This document shows, in pieces, positions 55,194 through 64,000 of a DNA stretch of 64,000 bases. Each line of letters starts with the position of its first letter. Positions within the stretch are counted from its first letter, which is position 1. The position numbers and the translations under genes are program-made. Origin of the DNA: Octopus sinensis (taxonomy: Eukaryota); assembly GCF_006345805.1 (NCBI RefSeq), contig NC_043000.1, positions 37,696,001 through 37,760,000 on the forward strand, given 5' to 3'. A model generated the notes under the pieces. It was not told the origin of the DNA. It saw nothing but the letters and a program-made list of their open reading frames with translations, and did not search any database.

Positions 55194-56241
55194 GGATCTA
55201 TTTCACCCCAATCACAGATTTTTTAATAATTTTTTTTTTAACTAAACAGTTTGAAAGTTCGAATACTGGTAGAATTTCTCACAGAGAACACGGTTTATTC
55301 TGAACGTTTTTGACAAAATTTCGTATTTTAGAAGTTATTTCGTGTTAAAATTGTATTTGGGTAATTTCAACAAATCAACGACGTGTATTCGGTTGAAGAA
55401 AGCTACTGCTGTTTGCAATAGTAATCGAAGAGGAAGAACTTTCAGGTCATCTCTACTAAATGTCACCCCTCTGTTCGAAGAATCAGCACCATCGAAGAAT
55501 GAACACCAAGAAGGAACAAATATCATTTACATATATTTATTCGTTTGCCCGACATCCGTGATTTATCCATGCATAAAGAGCGCCAGTGTTCAAAAGACTT
55601 ACAGAGCAACGAGTCCGCAGGTAGCTTTTTTGTTGAAGACTTATATGTAGTTTCAAAATGCCTTATTTTACATCTATGAGATGTATTGTTATTGTCAGGA
55701 ATTTATCTTCCTATAATAAACAACAAACACATTTCGTCAATATTGGATTTAAAATAACATTATCAAAACATGAAGGTAAAACAAAAGAAATAGCGGCTTA
55801 TACACCGGAAAATACGGTAATTGTAGTGGCAGTGTCAAGTTCGCTCGCTGGTTGTTTGTTGATAGGGGGGGGGGGAAAGAGTAAGGAATGCACGGTGCTG
55901 ACTATAATGGAAGAAAGGATAAAGGTGGCATCGTCTTTGTTCAACTTACGAATAGAAAAGAATGGTGACATTTAGTAGAGATGACCCGGAAGTTGTTCCT
56001 CTTCGATTACTATCTTAAGCAGCAGTAGCTTTCTTCAACCGAATACACGTCGATGATTGGTTGAAATTACCCAAATATGACAATTTTAACACGAAATAAC
56101 TTCTAAAGTACGAAACTTTGTCAAAAACGCTCAGAGTAAACCGTGTTCTCAGTGAGAAATTCTACCAGCATTCGAAGTTTCAAACTGTTTAGTTAAAAAA
56201 AAAAAAAATTAAAAAATCTGTGATTGAGATGGAATAGATCC
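55194..56241. mobile_element. 1048-bp non-autonomous DNA transposon with ~275-bp TIRs and 8-bp TSD (Merlin-like termini)
   Basis: Arms 55194-~55467 and 55964-56241; termini GGATCTATT / AATAGATCC; flanks GAATTCTA (55186-55193) and GAATTCTG (56242-56249). Confidence 0.8.
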
Positions 56242-56297
56242 GAATTCTGTACATTATTTACAATGGACGGATAGGTGTCCTCACCTTCTTTGTTGTT

Positions 56298-56343
56298 ATC
56301 ACAACGTTTCGGCTGATGTACTCTCCAGCCTTCATCGGGTGTT
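56298..56343 (-). ncRNA. Family C hammerhead with U4C core change; degenerate inverted copy at 56376-56420 (+)
   Basis: Reverse complement AACAC-CCGATGA-A GGCTG...CAGCC-GAAA-CG-TT-GTGAT. Confidence 0.6.
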
Positions 56344-56639
56344 CTGATGGAATTTCGAGCCCAACCCTTTATTGCCCAACTTGATGAACGCTGGAGAGTA
56401 CACCAGTCGAAATGTGGTAACAACAAGCAAGATAATGACATCTTTCTGTCCATTGGAAATAATGTACATAATTTCTCATCTCTAAAATATAGAACTGTAC
56501 AAGTCCTTTTGTACGCCATCACCTGGGCATTGGCGGTCCTGTGGTGGAGTGTTCTATTCTGTGCTGTTCGGAGCAAGTCTTCGATATCTCTGATGTGACC
56601 ATTTTCACTGTGGCAGCTTCAGCAAGGATGGTCTGGTAC

Positions 56640-56885
56640 TCTGTCGGTTCGACGACTACTGTTCCAGTTCATTCGATCAACCGAACAGCTCGCGTGTGAA
56701 ATTAACGTGCAAGTGGCTGAGTACTCCACAGTCAAGCGTGCTCTTAACGTAGTGCTCAGGGAGATTCAGCGTGGCACGGAATGTGACACGGTTGGCTCTT
56801 TTGAATTCCAAGTACAACTCATTTTTGCCAGCTGAGGTGGACAGGAGCAACATGAAATAAAGTGTCTTGCTCAAGGAATCAATGG
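56640..56885 (-). mobile_element. SINE family 2 relative, 3' portion
   Basis: GTGAAATTAACGTGCAAGTGGCTGAGTACTCCACAG...GGAGATTCAGCGTG; aligns to 48495-48700 and 12440-12665. Confidence 0.75.
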
Positions 56886-57028
56886 TATCACTACCAACAG
56901 CATCACCATCATCACTGTCATCATCGCTACCACTATCAAAATCTTTACCATTACCACTGCCACTGCTACTGCCGCACTTTATCAATATTATCTCCATCAG
57001 CACCACCATCCCCACCACCACCACCACC

Positions 57029-57059
<31 letters not shown>

Positions 57060-57650
57060 CCGTCGTCGTCGTCCTCTTCATCATCATCACTGTCATCATC
57101 ATCATTATCGTCTCCACTTCAATCACCATCAACGTCATCATCATCACCACCCCTTCATCATCACCAGCATCACATCACCATCACCATCATCATCATCAGC
57201 ACATGAAATGGTCTTCGCTGATGTTCCTTCCTGCACTAATGAAGCCATCGCCAACAAGACAGGTGGAGGAGGTGGTAACAGTGGTGGCGTTGTTGTAGTA
57301 GTGATACTGGTGGTGATGGTGGTGGTAGAGGTGGTGGTGGTGGTGGTGGTGTAGGTGATGGTGGTGATAGATACCATATTTGTTTCGGTGGGGTGGGGCA
57401 GGGCGATGCTGCTGCTTCGGGAGACAACAATGAAGCACGGTGGTGGTGATGGTTAAGGTAGAGTTGGGGGTGGTGATGGAGGAAGAAGAGGAGGAGGAGG
57501 AGGAGGTGATAGTGAAAGAAGAAGCGGTGGCCGGATTGTAATGGAAACTGATGGTGGAGGTTACATTGTCGGTGGAGATGGTGGTGGTGGTGGCGGCGGT
57601 GGCGGCGGTTGGTTTTTCCGTTTGGTTTGGCGATGATAACGATGATGGTA

Positions 57651-57681
<31 letters not shown>

Positions 57682-57856
57682 GGGTAATGATCACATTATT
57701 GCTGTTGAAGATGGTGATAGCGTTACCTGTATTTATATTGTTGCTGCTATTGTTGTTTTTGTTCCTCCTCCTCATCATCATGATTATCACCATCATCTTC
57801 ACCATCGTCGCCACCACCACCACCACTACCATCACCATCATCACCATCATCATCAC

Positions 57857-57890
<34 letters not shown>

Positions 57891-58283
57891 GTAATCATCA
57901 TCATTGTCGTCGCCGTCGCCGTCAATAGTTTATTCTGCTCGGCTGTAACAATACGTAAGTAACCAACTGGAAGGTTGACCGTCGGCGAAAAATCAAAGAA
58001 CTCTTTCTGGCCTCCCAGCCATGACAACCATTCCGACTTTTGTTCATTATTGCGATTTAATTATGTATTTTATTACTTTTTATTTTATCTCCTACTTACA
58101 CACACACACACACACACACACATGCATACACACATATACCCACACATATGTATACATATACACACACACACATATTTCTTGTTTCTTTTTCCCGTTCTTT
58201 ACAGAATCTTATATTTTCTTGTTTTTTTTTCTTTTTCTCCATCATGATATTTTTCATCCCATTCCTTTCTCACTCTCCCTGTT

Positions 58284-58321
<38 letters not shown>

Positions 58322-58832
58322 CTCTTCTCTTCAATTATGGAGGTTACATATACGTCGGCAGATGTGTTCGCGTCTAGTGAAACTTCACGAAAAAGACGTT
58401 CGCCTAATTCTGATTAATGGTGCCGATATGTTTGGCTAGTAATTGCATTTAGAGAGACATTAAGAAATTTAGGCAAGCGCAACTGAGTTTGCTCACAAAT
58501 AAACATAAGGGACAAGTCAGGAATAGCAAGAATTAATCTTTTATTAAGGCTCTCGTCGCTAATTTCGGGGTTTGGCTTAAACAACTTCCTTCTTGATTGG
58601 ACGGTTAACATACAGGATGTTGTTATACGTAACGATGTAAAGCTGTAAAATGTGAGATGTTGGATGTTGTGTATGGAGCATGGTTGTTGTGATTTTTGTA
58701 TGAGGTGAGGTATATAGACGGCGGCTATGCGAAGATGTGGCGTAAATAACTGGGAATGAGGGGAAACAGTGAAGGAACAAAGAAAGAAATAAAAAAGAAA
58801 GCGAGAAAAATGGACAGACAGATAGGTAAATT

Positions 58833-58879
<47 letters not shown>

Positions 58880-58980
58880 GCATTGATCGTTACATGGATA
58901 GATAGATAGATAGATAGATACATACATACATAGGAAAGCAAATGGACAGATACATAGATAGACAGACAGACAGATAGATG

Positions 58981-59042
<62 letters not shown>

Positions 59043-59321
59043 CAGACAGATAGATAGATAGATAGATAGATGGCGCATGGTGTATTTTGAGACCCAAAAC
59101 GTCTTTAAAGTCTTCTTACAGTTTCCATCTACCAAATCCGTTCCCAATGCTTTGTTCGGTCCGGGGCTATAGAAGAAAATACTTGTCTAAACTACCACGC
59201 AGTGGGATTGAACGAAGAACCGCATGATTGAAAATCAAACCTCTTAACTCGTTTTGAGACTCAGGTACATTTTCAGTCCCCTAACTCTTCTATATTCCTT
59301 CTTATGTAGAAGTAAACCTTT

Positions 59322-59359
<38 letters not shown>

Positions 59360-59554
59360 CACACATACACACACGTACACACACAAACACACATACATAT
59401 TCACACAAACACACACAAACACACACACACAAACGCACACACACACAAACGCACACACATACAAACACACACACACAGACACTCACACACTCACACGCAC
59501 ATACAAACACACACACCTATATTAAGAAAGTGGGGAAAGAGGTAAATGGAGAGC

Positions 59555-59641
<87 letters not shown>

Positions 59642-59831
59642 AAGAGAGAGCGAGTTAAAAGAAAGGTTAGAAAGAGGGAATGCCGAGCTGCCGTTGTGTT
59701 AAAAGTTGTAGCAGATGGACAGTGTTCGAAACGGTGGGTGGAGGGTGAGGGGTGTTGACATAAGGGTGTTACAAGGAAAGTAAGAGAGAGAGAGAGAGAC
59801 AGAAAAGGAAAGAATGAGGCAAGAAAGCTGC

Positions 59832-59871
<40 letters not shown>

Positions 59872-60812
59872 ATGGACGAACATCTGTATTAAGTCAGATT
59901 GATTAGACGAAACACATCCATTTAGAGAAAATAAAGACATCAGATACGAAAATACAAGACATTGAGAGTTAGTGAAGGAGTTTCGGTAGATCCTGTTTTA
60001 AGAGCAAATCAAGTACAAGACCAAGGAATGGTTAAATTTACATGTCGCTTGCTTATTCAATTTCTCTTGTGAGCAGAGATTAATGAAACGTCCCTTGGGA
60101 TTGTCTCGATTGGCCAACAAAAAAAAAAAGACCACTGCGCATGTCTTTTTTTTATTTTTTGATTTCGTTATAATTTGAAAACGAGGTAATAGATGCAAAG
60201 AAAATGCAGTTATTTGCATCCCGTGGTATAGTTTTCTAGACAGCTAGAAACTCTTAATAGCGAAATCCTGGCTAATTTACCCATCCATCAATTACGTGAC
60301 CCCCCCCCCACACACACACCATGTATCAATCAACGAATCAATAATTATATGACTTAATGCATTCAACAAATCAATAAGCTTCTGGTCAAGAAAACCCCGA
60401 TAGGATGAACTTCGTCTTTCGTTCATCCTTGGTCGGCCCTGACTGAGTTCGGCCATCAAACACTTCGTCTTTTTTAAAGAACGCCTTAGACTGTATTATC
60501 CAATGTGCCCTTCACATTTTAAAAACAGTATGATGTGATTTAAAAGGACATTTGGCTTTTATTTCAAGTCGGTTGAGGTACCAAACAATGACTCTCTCGT
60601 TATTCAAATAATGGTCAGCTCTACACAAATGTCCAATCAATATTTGTTATCCCATATCGAAAAAAACCCAAAAAAAACAAGCAAACAGCAAACCCCCCCC
60701 CCCCAAACTGTCCTTAATTCCAGCAGAAAAAAATGGACATCAACATAACATTAGTTTCAATAATGTAAATCTAATTGTAACAACAAAATATCAGTCAATT
60801 ATATAAAACTCC

Positions 60813-60963
60813 AATAATAATAATAATAATAATGATACTGATAATAATAATAATGATAATAATAATAATGGTAATAATAATAATGATAATAATAATAACG
60901 ATAATAATAGTAATAATAATAATAACGATAATAATAGTAATAATAATAATAACGATAATAACG

Positions 60964-61041
<78 letters not shown>

Positions 61042-61155
61042 ATTATTATTATTATTATTATTATTATTAGAAGAAGAAGAAGAAGAAGAAGAAGAAGAAG
61101 AAGAAGAAGAAGAAGAAGAAGAAGAAGAAGAAGAAGAAGAAGAAGAAGAAGAAGA
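60813..61155. repeat. Compound (AAT)n-(ATT)n-(GAA)n microsatellite
   Basis: Direct inspection; the strand of the AAT repeat flips at ~60994. Confidence 0.95.
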
Positions 61156-61999
61156 AATAAACATAAATTACTAAAAATTTATTGATTTTGAACTAAAAGG
61201 TCGTGGAAGTATATAATATTTCATGATGTCAATGTAGAATGTTTGAATCAATATTTTGAAATTTGAATGTCGATTAGACGTCACGTGTCATTGATCCTCC
61301 GCTTGCATTTACATGAAGAAAAAATCAAAAAAATCCCTAAAAGTCCACATGTCGCTCTGTTGATGAATTGAACTCGTGTGTGATTGTGATAGGGGTCAAA
61401 GTGTGTCACTAATCTAATTAGTGTTATAATGGCGCAGAAAGCAAGTGGGGGAAGAGGAAATTAGCGAATGCGCCAGTGAAACAGAATAAAATTCTGAGCA
61501 AAATTTCGTTCCGTCTTTCTGCCTTTAATTCACAAATCCCAAACGATACGAATTCGCCTTTTACCTTCCCGGTTGAAAGGAAAGGGGTGCGATAAAATAA
61601 GAATTGGTAACATACCACTGTGGATGGCATCGTCACTAATCCACACATACGGATAGTGGTACTGTTGCTTATCAAAATGAATGGGAACTGAGTCGACAAG
61701 GCTCACCAAAAACTAACCAAAAGGACAGAGGTTCGTATCTAACACTGGAGTCTGCCCTCAGGCATCAAATCAATCTATTTCCAAAATCGTTGTTACCGTT
61801 GCTGTTTAGTCCCCGGTTTGGCTCTAATTGAAGGGTAAATCTATGATCATAGACATTCCAGTCTGGACCGTCTCATCTTTTTCATACATGTATATCCAAG
61901 CTACGTCATCAGATGTGTCCTATTTTAGTCCCAACTGGATGATGTAGTTATAGAATTATTATGTTTTTAGCATGTTGTAGGAAAGAATCGCAAGATGGG

Positions 62000-62480
62000 T
62001 CTTCAAGCCACTTGGCTTGATTTGCAACGGCATCCAACCGGGCTGGGTTGGCTCGGCTCAGCTCCGACCAACGAGTTCACCACGTTCCTCGCAAATGCCA
62101 ATCACATCCGACAGTCGCCCATAACGTTCCTACAAGCAAAGTGAAGCTTCTGCTTGCGGCCCAAAAGTCCAGCTTGCAAATTTGACAAATACCCCACAGG
62201 AAGAGCAAGCGTGTTGGATGGCGCGAACGCCGTAGTCGTAGATGTCATTCGCTGTTGAGGTGTAGAGATCACGTTCGTGATTTAGTGGGAACAGAAGTTC
62301 ACATGTGGTCCCCAGTCACATGTATACCCACTTTGGGGATAATGTGCTTCATAGCAGCCCATCTTGAAGTCAATTATGAACCATTGCAGAGGACTCGCTG
62401 ACCAAGTCACCGCTGATTATTGCAGCAGACGTAACCTGCGTTTAAAGCGGGTGGTACACATGCTAGCTAACCCATAGCTG
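62000..62480 (-). mobile_element. Possible decayed RTE-like 5' region (5' UTR plus start of APE domain)
   Basis: Weak: LHFACRNV and, in another frame, DVIGICEE resemble the APE motifs TWNV and DIIGLSE; GC-balanced island. Confidence 0.3.
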
Positions 62481-62919
62481 GGACCCTAACTGGTGCTACT
62501 ACTCCGGATCAACAATGGCTCAGAGGTGGTTCCATAATCCTTAAAACCCTGGAATCCTCGCACCAACACCCAACTATCGAATGCAGTTTAAAGTCTTACT
62601 CAGGACTTTAAGCCGAGTCAACCAACAGGAGGCCTAGGGATAAACTAAGAAAAAGGTGGTTGGATGATAACCATAATTTCAATTGGCCACGCTTGGGAAT
62701 GCAACCGGAAAGTGTCATGACTGTTGCTTCACTATCAAGATGATGTCCCTGAGTACTCTACAGAGAAATAGGTAGGCGAAGAAGAAGGAGGGATAGACGG
62801 GTGGATGAATGAATGTAAAACAGAGGTGACTACACACAACAAATTGTCTGTAACGTTTTAGAGGGAGCGGGAGGCCTTACAGCCCTCTCTATAATGAAAT
62901 TATGTACTAATTATGTACT

Positions 62920-63092
62920 ACAGTTCTATGTTTAAGAAATGAGGAATTATTTACATTAATTACATTTGACGGATATTTGTCCTCATCTTGTTTGTTGTTA
63001 ACACAACGTTTCGGCTGATATACCCTCCAGCCTTCATCAGGTGTCTTGGGGAAATTTTGAACCTGGGTTCTCATTCCTAAGGTATTTGTCAA

Positions 63093-63158
<66 letters not shown>

Positions 63159-63228
63159 CGGGTCACTGCCTGGAATCGAACTCGGAATCTTGGGGTTAGT
63201 AGCCCGCTCTCTTAACCACTACGCCATA
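62920..63228 (-). mobile_element. tRNA-headed SINE containing a family C hammerhead
   Basis: Minus strand: TGGCGTAGTGGTTAAG (A box)...GAGTTCGATTCC (B box) at 63228-63161, (AAT)n, spacer, hammerhead 63045-63000, AT-rich tail. Confidence 0.8.
63000..63045 (-). ncRNA. Type I minimal hammerhead, family C, canonical
   Basis: Reverse complement GACAC-CTGATGA-A GGCTG GAGGGTATAT CAGCC-GAAA-CG-TT-GTGTT. Confidence 0.8.
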
Positions 63229-63231
63229 TAA

Positions 63232-63331
63232 CTGATGATGGCTGGAGGGTATATATCAACCGAAACGTTGTGTTAGCAACAAGCAAGATGAGGACAAATA
63301 TGGTCAAATGTAAATAATGTAATTATGTACT
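63232..63331 (+). mobile_element. Inverted 5'-truncated family C copy beginning at the hammerhead core
   Basis: CTGATGA TGGCTGGAGGGTATATATCAACC GAAA CG TT GTGTT...GATGAGGACAAATAT; reverse complement of ~62960-63040. Confidence 0.8.
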
Positions 63332-64000
63332 GTTGCAACCATTTATGAATCTTGGACGTGGTCGCTCGACTAGCTAGAACTACAACCAATGTTCTCTTTA
63401 GCTACAGTGTACTGTCTGTTAAAAAGGAAGGACATATTGGACAAGGGAGGTATCTATAATTAAAAAAAGAACATGATGGGATGGCCACAGATGGAATGCG
63501 TTTGATATACACCTACTCAGTTAGAACTGACCCTGGGCTAAACAGCAACGTCAAGATCAACACAACTGCACCCTCACCTCTTCTCATAGCCGAAAGTTTC
63601 ACTAACCCATAGCCCATACTTGTCAGGATGTAGGGCCTCATAAAAGATAGTTAAGTGCTTAACAAGTATTGTCTTATAAAATGATAGAAATCTTGGCCCC
63701 CTCAAAAGGAAGATTTAATATGCCTGATGTTTTTAGGTAGGATTTGTATGGCTAAATGGTTAAGGAGTTTACTTCGTAACAATGAGGTCTCAGTTTCGAT
63801 TCCATTGGGTGGCATCATGGACAAATGTCATTTTCTATAGCCTCGAGTCAACCCACGTCATGTGAATGAAAATCGGGTTGATGGAAACTGTACAGAAGCT
63901 CGTCTGCTGGATTGCATCTGTTATTCAAAGAAACGTTCCAGCTTTGTCACATATGATATGTCAGTGAATTTGCTTCCTGATCAAGGAAATATTGAAAGGA

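Noticed and set aside
53700-58027. Poly-Gly/Ser/His/Pro ORFs including the 263-aa ORF at 57236-58027
   Set aside because: Degenerate GGT/AGT/CAT/CAC triplet repeats open in several frames on both strands; no coherent exon structure.
62280-62400. HDV-like ribozyme in the putative RTE 5' region
   Set aside because: TCCCC/GGGGA pairing is present but the nested double-pseudoknot order could not be built.
63161-63228. tRNA-like sequences here and at 37390-37445 and 48820-48880 as real tRNA genes
   Set aside because: No acceptor stem closure; each continues into repeat body sequence, so they are SINE heads.

Overview
AT-rich, microsatellite-saturated animal DNA with no host protein-coding gene I can support. 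The SINE repertoire and repeat density suggest a cephalopod such as Octopus (inference). Nearly all ORF-track entries are microsatellite translations. The real content is transposable elements: three Penelope-like element (PLE) relics, two R4/Dong-like LINE relics in (AAT)n tracts, RTE fragments, three Tc1/mariner relics, a long-TIR element with an 8-bp TSD, and three tRNA-SINE families. Two systems stand out. (1) There are 13 type-I minimal hammerhead ribozyme motifs from at least five unrelated families, with self-complementary stem III in the intact copies. They include a U3-A8 compensatory core, a family-wide CUGU core, a 564-nt tandem/inverted retrozyme-like unit, a ~265-nt hammerhead dimer, and a tRNA-headed SINE carrying a hammerhead. 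(2) A ~2-kb gag-only (HAL1-like) retroelement and a relative are both inserted in the tRNA head of the same SINE family. All alignments and folds were done by eye.
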